Source of the DNA: Octopus sinensis
Taxonomy: Eukaryota
Direction: 5' to 3'
Length of the DNA stretch: 30,162 nt
Assembly (NCBI RefSeq): GCF_006345805.1
Contig: NW_021832518.1
Location: 1 to 30,162 of the forward strand
Below, in pieces: positions 10,778-22,036 of this stretch (positions are counted from its first letter, which is position 1; every line of letters begins with the position of its first letter). The notes beneath the pieces are model-generated. The model saw only the letters and a list, made by a program, of their open reading frames with translations, ran no database searches and was not told the origin of the DNA. Made by a program: the position numbers and the translations under genes.

Positions 10778-10989
10778 CCAATTAAGGACTGAACACGAAA
10801 AGTGGACAGTCAACATGCTAGATATAGACGTCAAATCGCCATTCACCACAAAAGATTATGTTCTCAGATCAAACTCAGCACTGAGTTTGATCTGAGAACA
10901 TAATCTTTTGTGGTGAATGGCGATTTGACGTCTATATCTAGCATGTTGACTGTCCACTTTTCGTGTTCAGTCCTTAATTGGTATATATA
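10770..10989. repeat. Perfect palindrome, 109-bp arms, 2-nt spacer
   Basis: 10770-10878 is the exact reverse complement of 10881-10989. The centre is ...AAACTCAG-CA-CTGAGTTT... Confidence 0.97.
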
Positions 10990-11165
10990 AATATTTTAAT
11001 CTTCGGATTCTTTTTTAATATGCTAGACCACTGGTCCTAATTGATAAATATCAATTTCTACCCTTAATTAATTTTATATAAATTATATATATATATATAT
11101 ATTTTACTCTGCTATGTATTGAGTACCTTATTTACTGTGGTTAACCCCGAATCAACCCGGGACCT

Positions 11166-11207
<42 letters not shown>

Positions 11208-11329
11208 GCATGTTTGTGTGCACGAGTGTGTGTGTGTGTGTGGTGTGCGTATGTAAATAAACAACGGTAGACAAAGCCGCTGTGAGAACTGGACATACAT
11301 CGGTCGTCGTCGAAAGAATTGGAGCAAAG

Positions 11330-11800
11330 AAGCGGGGTGGAGGAGTGGGAGAGAGAGAGAGAGAGGGTAGGAGGGAAAGAGAAAAAAAATGAGCGAAAGG
11401 GAGTAGGAGTGAAAGACAAAAGACGAAAGGAGGGGGTGACAGGGAGGAAGAAAGCGAGAGAGATAGAGAGAGAGAGAGAGAGAGGGAAGAAGGACAATGA
11501 AAAAGAGACCAAGAGAGAGATAACGGGAGAAAGGTAGGAGAGGTAAAGAGAGAAAGGGGAGAGGAGAGAGAGGGAAGAAGGGACAACGAAAAAGAGAGCA
11601 AGAGAGAGATAAAGAGAGAAAGGTAGGAGAGGTAAAGGAGAGAAAGAGGAGAGGAGAGAGAGAGAAGTGGATAGAGGGTAGGAGGGCTCAAGAAAGAAAG
11701 AAAGAAAGAAAGAAAGAGATTGGAAGGAAGAGGGACAGTGAACAAGGAGGAGAAGAGAGAGGAATGAAAAGACAGCAAAAGGTGAGGAGGAGGGATATTA
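11330..11800. repeat. Polypurine (GA-rich) tract with an internal duplication of about 90 bp
   Basis: GGACAAYGAAAAAGAGA..AAGAGAGA..GAGAAAGGTAGGAGAGGTAAAG occurs at about 11492 and 11581. Confidence 0.85.
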
Positions 11801-12324
11801 GAAGGCGAAGTAAAGGGGTCGATTGATACCGCGATGACGGTGGCGCCGACGGAGATGGGGGGTCAGGACGATGATGATGATGGCGGCGGCGGAGATGCTC
11901 GAGGGAGGTTGAATGGTGTTGATGGCGGCGGCGGTGGGTTTTACTTGGGCTTGATGTATGGTGTAGCGAAGGAGTTTCTGTGTGGTCCTGTGTATGGTAT
12001 TGTAAGGTATGGCGTAACGTAGTACAGTACGGCATGGTATGGTATGGTATAACACAGCGTGGTATGGGTTTTATGTGGTATAACGGAGTATATAGAATCG
12101 TGTAGTATGGTGGTGGTGGGGGGGTTATAACGTGGTGTGATGTAGTACAGTGTGGTATGGTGTGGTATGGTATGGTATGGTGTAGGGTGGTGTCGTACAG
12201 TGTTTGTGGTGTAGCGCAGGTCTGGTTAAAGACGATGGTAATTGAAGATGCTGTGTTGGATATATTTGTGTCACTGAGTGGAAAATGATGTCACACACAT
12301 TTGATTCATCGTTTGATTCACGGC

Positions 12325-12770
12325 CATGACGACGACGAGGAGGTTAGTGATGGTGGTGATGGTGGTGGTGGTGGTGGTGATGAGGATGATCGTGGTGATC
12401 GTGATGATGGTGATGATGGTGATGATAGTGGTGTTGGTGGTGGTGGTGGTCGTGATGATGATGATTATGATGATGATGATGATGATGGCGGTGGTGATGA
12501 TTGTGACGACGATGATAACGATGATGATGATGATGATGATGGCGGTGGTGATGATTGTGACGACGATGATAACGATGATGATGATGATGATGACCATCAT
12601 CATTCCCATGATGGTCGTGGTAGTCGCAGTGGTAGTGATGAATGGTGATCACGATGATGATGATGATGTTGGCTGCGCTGGCGATGATAATGATGATGAT
12701 GATGATGATGAAAACGATGACGTCGACAACGAAGAGAGAAAGACGATGACGGTGTGGCGGTGATGATGGC
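12325..12770. repeat. (GAT/GGT/GAC)n trinucleotide array with a 54-bp duplication
   Basis: GGCGGTGGTGATGATTGTGACGACGATGATAAC occurs at 12487 and 12541. Confidence 0.9.
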
Positions 12771-13130
12771 AATTCTTGTTTTTGTTTAAACCCCCCCCAA
12801 CCCCGGCCCCCACCACTAGGCCGCCCTAGTTCGATCTGTGATCGAAGACACACAAACTGTAAAACATCCCGTTATTTTTGAATTTTATTCTTTTTATTTA
12901 ACCCAGACATAGAGATGATATATGTACCTAGGAATGCATCATCCAATGTGTTCTTTAATTTAATTTAATTTAATTTAATTTAATTTAATTTTATTTTATT
13001 ATATTTTGTAAGGCAGTTTTTTTGTGGAGGGAGATGGGTTTTTTTGCTTCATTTTTTGTATATTGGTGCTGATAAATTTCGCTGCTATTTCTAGCTTATC
13101 GAATGACCTGTTAGAGGATCAATCGTTGTC

Positions 13131-13167
<37 letters not shown>

Positions 13168-13374
13168 GTGGTGGTGACGGCGATGATGATGACAATGATG
13201 ATGATGAAGAGCGGTGGTGGAAGAGGAGAGTGAAACAAAGAAATAAAGAAATAAAGAGAGAGAGAGGGGGAGAGAGAGAGAGAGAGAGAGAGAGACATGG
13301 AGAAAAGAAATAAAAAAGACAGCTCGAGATAGAGAGAAAGAATGAGTATGAAAGCAGACGAATGTGATTCTTAC

Positions 13375-13539
13375 CTCATGTCATGTGTAAAAATAGGTGG
13401 TCTTCCACTGAGGCTGCTTCACGTTATTTGTTCTTCTCTGGCTTCTTTCTTCCTTCCTTCTTTGTCTCTTCGCTATTCTCTTTCTCTCTTTCTTTCATTT
13501 AATTGAAGACAAATCCCTTGTCAGGTGAACTGCAACCAC
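13375..13539 (-). other. Candidate non-coding/5'UTR exon
   Basis: Unique sequence island. Minus strand has the acceptor TATAG|GTG and a strong donor ATGAG|GTAAGA, with stops in all three frames. Confidence 0.3.
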
Positions 13540-13608
13540 CTATACCGATACAATACAATATATATATACACATATAATATACACACACATGTATATACAC
13601 ACCTATAC

Positions 13609-13645
<37 letters not shown>

Positions 13646-13756
13646 AGTGGGTCTATATGAGCGCATATGTATGAATGTATGTATGTGATATGAACTTTTC
13701 CTGATCGATCACTATAGATCGCTCTCTTTCTCTCTTTATATATATAAATGTTTGTA

Positions 13757-13846
<90 letters not shown>

Positions 13847-14869
13847 CACACACACACACACACATGTTTATTTATTTATTTATCTTTAGCAGAAGCATCA
13901 GAGTGACCCGAGGTCGAGAGTTTCGTGCGTCTGATAAGTGCCAACGCACGCAAACTCAAGGACCTTGATTCCCTGTGGCACGAAATGATGTCCATTCGGT
14001 TATTTCTGCTCAATATTAATAAGAACATACATATGCTCATATTTTCAGTTCTAATTTCCCCCTGTTTGCATCAACACACCTGTGTATATGATGTATGTAT
14101 GTTTGTATGTATGTATGTATATATATATACAAGCGAATCGTCTAAGAGACCATTAGTCAGGGAAAAGATGCACTAATTATACATGTCGGATTATATATAT
14201 ATATTTATATAAACATGTCCGTCTGTCTCCCTTATATACACAAGCTTACATACATAGAAACATACCATTTTACATACGCACATATATACATACATACATA
14301 CAAACATACATACATACATACATACAGATATATATACATACACACATACTACATACAGTTATACATACTTAGAAACATACATGTATTCATATATATTATA
14401 TATATATACATACAAACGCACAAACTTATATATACACGCTCTACCTATATCTAACGCAATTGCTATAGAAATATATACACACGCATATGTTTATATATAC
14501 TTCTATATAATAATAATAATAATAATATAAATACGTTATCTCTGATTCCCTGGCCTTTCTCTCTCTCTCTCTCTCTTTCATTCTATACATCACCTCTATA
14601 TAATCTTCCCTCGTTCTTGTATATACATCTATCAGCATGTATATGTATATATATATTACATATGCATACATATATAATATATATATATATATGTATTACA
14701 TATGCATACATATATACATATTACATATTTATATATAATATATACCTTTAAAGATACGCACATAAATATATATTTATATATGGTTATACAAGTATATATA
14801 CCTCTTTTTAATTATATATGTTGTCTCTGTTTCGTTTTTCTCTCGGAATATTATATTTTCCCTCTTTCC

Positions 14870-15199
14870 GTGCGCTTTCTCTCCTTTGTATCCAGGTCTC
14901 GTCTCTCTTGTATTTATTCTCTTTGTTCGCACTCTCTCTCTCTCTCTCCCTAATTCTCCCTCTCTCTCTCACTCTCTCTCTCTCTCTCCGTGTCTATTAC
15001 TGTTTCTCTTTTTTTTACTTTGTTCTCCCTCTTCTTTTATAGCCTATCTTTCTCTCTTACTATCAATCTATCGAACAAGATCAACCCAATGATGATGATG
15101 ATCTATCGATCTGTTTATCTACCTATCAGTCACTCTCTCTCTCTCCCTCTCTGTATATATGCATATGTGTGTGTGTGTGTGTGTGTGTCTGTCTGTCTG

Positions 15200-15247
<48 letters not shown>

Positions 15248-15699
15248 TCACCCTACGCCGTTCTATTTCTTTGTCTCTAATTCTTTCAGCATCTTTCTTT
15301 CTCCGCCAGTCTATCTCTTTCTATATTTTTCTTTCGCTCTCTCCTTTCATTTTCTCTATATGTCTGTCTATCACTCTGTATCTCTCTCTTTCTCTTCCTC
15401 TATATGTCTCTCTCTCTCTCTCTGCACTCCTTTCTCTCGCCCCTTCACTCGTCTCCTATCCAGGTTTAACCTCCATTTGCTCACACACGCACTCGACCTC
15501 CCTGTCTTACCTTTTGTCTTATATCCCCTGCCCCTGTCCCCTGTCCCCAGTCCTGTCTTTTTATAAATACCCTATTAGCCCCTTAATCTTCGTATAACAA
15601 TGCCCCTCTCTCATACTTCCTCAATATACCACCTCACTCTCCCTTATTCTCCTCTTAAAATATTCCTTTCGCTCACCGTCTCTGTCGGTCTATGTCTCA

Positions 15700-15743
<44 letters not shown>

Positions 15744-15761
15744 CTACCTACCTATCTATCC

Positions 15762-15802
<41 letters not shown>

Positions 15803-15815
15803 CCTACCTACCTAC

Positions 15816-15855
<40 letters not shown>

Positions 15856-16092
15856 TTTTAAAATTTTATTTTATCCCCCCCTTTTTTATCCTCTTTCTTT
15901 CCATTTACGATCCCTTTTGATCGAAAACCAAACCCCCTTCTTTTACCCCCAATATAAAAGCTCTACCTTGTAATTTTGTCCTGTCTGTGTGCAGCCCTGT
16001 GTGGCTAATAAAGAAACATATCTATCTATCTATCTATCTGTCAACCAGTTTCTGTCTCACTGTCGGTCTGTCAGCCTCTTTCTCTCTCTCTT

Positions 16093-16142
<50 letters not shown>

Positions 16143-16296
16143 ATATATATATATATATATCTTCTTGTGCTAATTTGTCTGTTGTTCTGTCTGTCTCTCT
16201 GTCTATCTATCTGTCTATCTATCTTTCTTTTACTTCCATTCCAGAAACCAGATCTCGTCCCCCGTTCGCTCTTTCTTTTCCCCTCTCGCTTCATTC

Positions 16297-16327
<31 letters not shown>

Positions 16328-16450
16328 TTCTTAATCCTGGCTTCTTTTTTACGCTTCTCTCTTTCGATTCCAACATTCTTACCCTGCGATTCATTCAATT
16401 ATCTCTCTCTCCTTTAAAATCTCTCTCTCACCCCCCTCTCTCTCTCTCTT
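14870..16450. repeat. Pyrimidine-rich (CT)n/(CTAT)n low-complexity domain
   Basis: Direct reading. Confidence 0.9.
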
Positions 16451-16855
16451 TGAGCGTGTGTGTACGAGTATGTATATGTATGTAAGTCTGTGTTTAATAT
16501 ATATATATATATGTATATGTATATGTATGTAAATCTGTGTTTATAATGTCATCTTCCTCTGTTTCTCTCTCCTCCCTTTCTCTCTCTCTCTCTTTGTCCC
16601 GGTATACATAAGTGTGCGTGCGTGCGTGTGTGAACGTATGTTTCAAAATGCGTATCTGTCGAGTGTCCCAGGAGACAAATTTAAACATCAATATAATGCT
16701 TTAACACAAACTTACTCAGTGACACCTGGTATACGTTCATGTAAATAAACATGTATGTATGTATGTATGTATGTATGTATGTATGTATGTATGTATGCAT
16801 GCATGCATGTGTCTATGTATGTATGTACACACTCACATGTATGTATGTTTGTATG

Positions 16856-17181
16856 AGAGCTCAAAATCTCTCGTGGAAGCGCCATCCAACCAAAATGCAA
16901 ATATATGGGAAACTACCACCTGTGTCATCTCTTGTGAAAGGTAAGAGAGTCCAGTTTGCTGGACATTGTTGTAGAGCTGAAAAAGAGGTAATTTCTACTC
17001 TTCTCCTCTGGAAGCCATCTACTCGCAATGCCAGAGGGCGCACACTCTCCTACCCTGATGTAATCTCCAGGGATACAGGCATCCAGCAACAGGACCTCCG
17101 TAATGCCATGATGGACCGTGAAGTCTGGCGTAGCATGGTAAATTCCATTGTCTCGACCACGGTCGAACAATGATGATGATG
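16856..17181 (+). mobile_element. 5'-truncated RTE/RTE-X-type LINE 3' end with TSD
   Basis: Open frame RAQNLSWKRHPT..IYGKLP..KRVQFAGHCCR..LLWKP..GR..AMMDREVWR, a typical RTE ORF2 C-terminus. (TGA)n tail; direct repeat ATGTTTGTATG at 16845-16855 and 17182-17192. Confidence 0.9.
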
Positions 17182-17282
17182 ATGTTTGTATGTATGTAGT
17201 CAACAAATAAGATCCACAGATTCTCGGTATTAGAAGACATCTAGTAAAAGTCCAAAAGTTTCAAACTAAGACACTGATGTCT

Positions 17283-17444
17283 TTACAGGGGATCAATTCT
17301 ACGGGGTAAAGAATGACTTTACATGGGATCAATTCTACGGGATAAAGAATGGCTTAACATGGGATCAATTCTACGGGATAAAGAATGGCTTAACATGGGA
17401 TCAATTCTACGGGGTAAAGAATGGCTTAACATGGGATCAATTCT
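17283..17444. repeat. 36-bp tandem repeat, 4.5 copies
   Basis: Unit TAACATGGGATCAATTCTACGGGRTAAAGAATGGCT. Confidence 0.95.
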
Positions 17445-18109
17445 TTGGACGGTTTAAGTTGCTTTGGTGGTATTTTTTTCACCAAATAATTGAATTGCCA
17501 AGAAGATTTATGAGTAGCACGGCAGTCTATGTTTCCGATTAAGATAGGAACAGAAAACCAAATTCAAGGCTGGTTATTGTGGATGTCATTGCACTTTAAT
17601 GATCATAGAACATTTAAGTTTGCAAGCGATGCAAAGTAGAGCTACTGAAGTGTTTTGGAAGTAGATTATGAATAGTGACTACAAAATATCGTTGTTTTAC
17701 CTGAAAGAGAAATTTCTTGTCAGAAACAGCCGCATAAATGGTGTAATGAACTTGAAAGAAGACGTTGAAACTTCCCCTCTTTGAGTTTATTTCATTCAAC
17801 AGCAAAGGGAGCTATTTTTTCGGAGAGATAAGCTAACAAAAACCCCTTTATTCTGTCTCCCACATAGCCTATGCATAAACAGCTAATGCTGCATAAAGTT
17901 AAATTGGTATGGAACTTTTTGAAAGATACGTATAACTTTCGCTGGTGGAAGCAAAACTCGCTTTTCCTTGTAATCTCACTGTCCAGCGTCCTAGTAAAAT
18001 ATATGTAACGCATGAACAGAACCTGAAAGATTGCTTGGAGACACATGGCGTATATTATGAATATAACTAGTTAAATTATCAAAATTAAAAAACAAAAAAA
18101 GATGAAACT

Positions 18110-18490
18110 GTATGGAAGCACTCCGTCGGTTATGACGACGAGGGTTCCGGTTGATCCGAATCAACGGAACAGACTGCTCGTGAAATTAACGTGTAAGTGG
18201 CTGAGCACTCCACAGACACAGGCACCCTTAACGTAGTTCTCGGGGATATTCAGCGTGACACAGAGTGACAAGGCCGGTCCTTTGAAATACAGGTACAACA
18301 GAAACAGGAAGTAAGAGAAAGTTGTAGTGAAAGAGTACAGCAGGGATCACCACTATCCCCTGCCGGAGCCTCGTGGAGCTTTAGGTGTTTTCGCTCAATA
18401 AACACTCACAACGCCCGGTCTGGGAATCGAAACCGCGATCCTATGACCGCGAGTCCGCTGCCCTAACCACTGGGCCATTGCGCCTCCACT
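18110..18490 (-). mobile_element. tRNA-derived SINE, family A body with an alternative 5' half, full length with TSD
   Basis: Head GGCGCAATGGCCCAGTGGTTAGGGCAGCGGACTCGCGGTC...GGTTTCGATTCCC. TSD AAGATGAAACT at 18099-18109 and 18491-18501. Confidence 0.9.
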
Positions 18491-18544
18491 AAGATGAAAC
18501 TATTAGCAGCCTTAAGGCCGAAACGTGTAAAAGGATAAAAGAAT

Positions 18545-18770
18545 GTGTGTGTGTGTGTGTGAGAGTGTTTATCGTTGTATCCTCTTACTTAACAACTGGT
18601 GTTGGTTTGTTTATGTTCTCGTAACGTAGCGGTTCGGCAAAAACAACTGATAAAGTATGAGAGTTAAAAATTAAGTCCTGGGGGTCGATATTGTTAGGCT
18701 AAACCCTCTAAGGTTGTGCCCCAGCATGGCCACATTCCAGTGACTGAAACGGGTAGAAGAAATAAATGAA
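18545..18770 (+). mobile_element. SINE family C, old 3' half
   Basis: TAGCGGTTCGGCAAAA..AAGTCCTGGGGGTCGAT..CCAGCATGGCCAC..TGACTGAAAC. Confidence 0.75.
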
Positions 18771-19312
18771 AAAGAGACAGACACATGTGTATAGGGAAGG
18801 GTACGAGGTGGAGGGGAGCGGGGTAAAGATGGAGAAGGGAAAACGTGTCTCACGGAATGAGAGGGAAAGAAAGGCGAATGCACGGAGACATCACTAATAG
18901 AAAGAGTATGGGTATGAGACGGAGAGAAAGAAGGAGAGAGAGTGAGTGCGTGAGAGGGAAAGGGAGAAAGAGAGTGAGAGCAGAGAGAGAGAGAGTAGAA
19001 GTAGAAGTGAGAGAGAGGGGAGAATGGAAGTAGGAAAGTAGGGGATGTGTGTATGTATATGTGCGTGTGTGTGTGCGTGTGCGAGAGAATAACATAAGAG
19101 GAACACGTGTGTGAGTGTGTGGTGTGGTGTGTGTGTGTGTGTGTAAGAGATAGAGAGGGAGAAAGGGAGGGAGAGCTATAGAAGTAGATGGACGTGTGAG
19201 AAAGAGATAGATAGACAAGCAGATGTAGAGGGACGTGAGTAAGAAAGACAGGGAGAAAGAGAAAGAGAGAGAGAGAGTAGCAGAAGTAGAAAGTCGTGTG
19301 TGTATGTGTGTA

Positions 19313-19385
<73 letters not shown>

Positions 19386-19548
19386 TAGGAATGTCGGGAA
19401 TGGACGAGAAAAAAATAAGCGAGAAGCGAGTGATGGTCGTCTGCAATAACGATTGCTGGAATGACGGGGAGGAAAAAGTATTTTTGGTTTTAATGTTTAC
19501 AACTTGACTGGGAAACGAAAATCAGAAAAAAATAATGCAACAGGTGTA

Positions 19549-20716
19549 AAAAAAAAATGGCTAGGAAATGAATATGAAAAAAAAAAATTAAAAAGCGCGT
19601 AGAGCAACGGGAGGGTGGGGAGAGGACCTCGGAAAATTCACAAAATCCGAGTTTTTCCCTCATAACTTTTAGGAAAATGAGGGTTTTTTTCAATGAAATC
19701 TTAAAGAAATACCTTTCAAACGGCATACATTACGATTATAAAAAAAAGTTATGAGGGAAAATCTTGAAGTGGGGAGAGGACTTTCGGAAAATCCCAAAGA
19801 TTCGAATTTTTCCTCGTTATATTCCGAAATCACATTGAAACCCTAGCGTAGTACTACCAAACTATGTGGTGTTTATCTTAAATTATTTTTACGCTTCTTT
19901 AACCCTTATCTCTCTCTCTCTCTCTCTCTTTTTTTCTTTATATATATGTATATATATATATATATATATAGTAAGAGTGGCTGTGTGGTGAGTAGCTTGC
20001 TAACCAACCACATGGTTCCAGGTTCAGTCCCACTGCGTGGCATCTTGGGCAAGTGTCTTCTGCTATAGCCCCGGGCCGACCAATGCCTTGTGAGTGGATT
20101 TGGTAGACGGAAACTGAAAGAAGCCTGTCGTATATATGTATATATATATGTGTGTGTATGCGTTTGTGTGTCTGTGTTTGTCCCCCTAGAATTGCTTGAC
20201 AACCGATGCTGGTGTGTTTACGTCACTAACCACTTAGCGGTTCGGCAAAAGAGACCGATAGAATAAGTACTGGGCTTACAAAGAATAAGTCCCGGGGTCG
20301 ATTTGCTCGACTAAAGGCGGTGCTCCAGCATGGCCGCAGTCAAATGACTGAAACAAGTAAAAGTAAAAGAATATATATAGATAGAGAGATACATACATAT
20401 ATATATATCATATACATATATATATACACACATATATTTACACACATACACACACACACACCAACACACACACACACACACAACAATATATATATGTATA
20501 TATATATATATATATATGCACAGACACATGTATACACACACATATGTATACACACACATATATACACACACACACATATATACACATACACACCCACATA
20601 TATATATATACATAATAATAATAATAATAATATACGTAATATGTAATTTTTCTAAATGGTGTATAATTTAATTTTTCATTATTGAATTTATAAAAGGTGT
20701 TTTTTTTTTCTAATTC

Positions 20717-20757
<41 letters not shown>

Positions 20758-21048
20758 ATATATATAATATATATATATATATATATTCCAGTTATGAGGG
20801 AAAAACTCGGATCTTGTGAATTTTCCGAAGTCCTCTCCCCACCCCTTGGAAAAGATTTTACTTTATAATTGTAATGTAAGCCGTTTGAAAGGTTTTTCTC
20901 TAAAATTTCATTGAAAAACCCCCATTTTCCTAAAATTTACGAGGGAAAAACTCGGATCTTGTGAATTTTCCGAGGTCATCTCCGCACCCTCCCGTTGCTT
21001 TGCGCGCATTTTTTTTTTCATATTCGTTTTCTATGAATTTTTTTTCAA
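19549..21048. mobile_element. Putative fold-back element: inverted arms of about 270 bp with internal sub-repeats
   Basis: 19549-19820 is the diverged reverse complement of about 20790-21048. Each arm has two copies resembling GGGGAGAGGACYTCGGAAAATTCACAARATCCGAGTTTTTCCCTC. Confidence 0.65.
19975..20370 (+). mobile_element. SINE family C, near full length
   Basis: Same structure as 4826-5236, including the diagnostic GTCACTAACCACTTAGC variant. Confidence 0.9.
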
Positions 21049-21094
21049 TGAAGTTTAAAGGTGGAGGGAAACTATGGAGGTATTATTGTATGTA

Positions 21095-21325
21095 AGGCGG
21101 CAGGCTGGCAGAAACGTTAGCACGCCGGGCGAAGTGCTTAGCGGTATTTCGTCTGTCTTTACGTTCTGAGTTCAAATTCCGCCGTGGTCAACTTCGCCTT
21201 TCATCCTTTCGGGGTCGATAAATTAAGTACCAGTTACGCTCTGGGGTCGATGTAATCGGCTTAATCCGTTTGTCTGTCCTTGTTTGTCCTCTCTGTGTTT
21301 AGCCCCTTGTGGGTAGTAAAGAAAT
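21095..21325 (+). mobile_element. SINE family B, full length with TSD
   Basis: Head GGCGGCAGGCTGGCAGAAACG, B-box GAGTTCAAATTCC. Direct repeat AGGTATTATTGTATGTA at 21078-21094 and 21326-21342. Confidence 0.92.
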
Positions 21326-21735
21326 AGGTATTATTGTATGTAGTTTGTAGATGGTTGACTGATTCACTGACATAAGTCACATTTTAAACGGTAGATGGAA
21401 CTTTTCTTGATGGAACCATGACACAGCAGTAGGACGAGCAGTGAGGCGGGGTATTTGTAGTTGTAAGATAATTAATAAATATCCTGGAAACAGCTGTAAG
21501 ACCTTCTATCTATGAATGTTCTAATATCTACACAGCCTTGGTTTCTTTATCTCATTACGCTAACAATTCTTATATATATGTATGTATGTATTATATATAT
21601 ATATTATATATATAATATATATATAATAGATATATATATTATATATATATATAAATTCAACAATTGAGGGTAAAATTAATTAATTATTAATCAATTTCAC
21701 CAAGTATTCAGTATGTAAAGGGACCATTTAAGAAA

Positions 21736-21915
21736 ATATTACATTTTATAAAGGGCTTTGTAAAATAAATTACTCTGGAATTTTGAGTAAACACTATCTG
21801 AGAGAAATTTTCTTTAAGTATTGGAAATGGCTAAAAAAATTTTTTTGGCTGCTATTTCTAATGAGTTCAGTATGTGGCAAAGTAATTTATTTTACTAAGC
21901 CCTTTATAAAATGTA

Positions 21916-21919
<4 letters not shown>
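21736..21919. repeat. 39-bp inverted repeat (38/39) with 106-bp spacer
   Basis: ATATTACATTTTATAAAGGGCTTTGTAAAATAAATTACT at 21736-21774 against its reverse complement at 21881-21919. Confidence 0.9.
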
Positions 21920-21960
<41 letters not shown>

Positions 21961-21963
<3 letters not shown>

Positions 21964-22036
21964 CAAAATAAGAAAATGGAGAAATACATCTAAAATCAAA
22001 TATCGAGATGTATTTCTCCATTTTCTTATTTTGTAT
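21961..22036. repeat. Perfect 31-bp hairpin with 14-nt loop
   Basis: ATACAAAATAAGAAAATGGAGAAATACATCT at 21961-21991 is mirrored at 22006-22036. Confidence 0.92.

Noticed and set aside
11688-12035. ORF with a hydrophobic signal-peptide-like stretch (LLRLLISLLLTFCCLF)
   Set aside because: The hydrophobicity derives from the CT-rich low-complexity strand, with no credible start or domain.
12791-12815. G-quadruplex-like G runs on the minus strand
   Set aside because: A single short tract in a low-complexity region, with no supporting context.
12301-12853. Asp-rich, Met-rich and His-rich ORFs
   Set aside because: These are alternative readings of one (GAT)n array.
17283-17444. 36-bp repeat of CRISPR-repeat length
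   Set aside because: Head-to-tail tandem copies without spacers.
18415-18490. tRNA gene
   Set aside because: It has A/B boxes but no complete cloverleaf, and it is the head of a TSD-flanked SINE.
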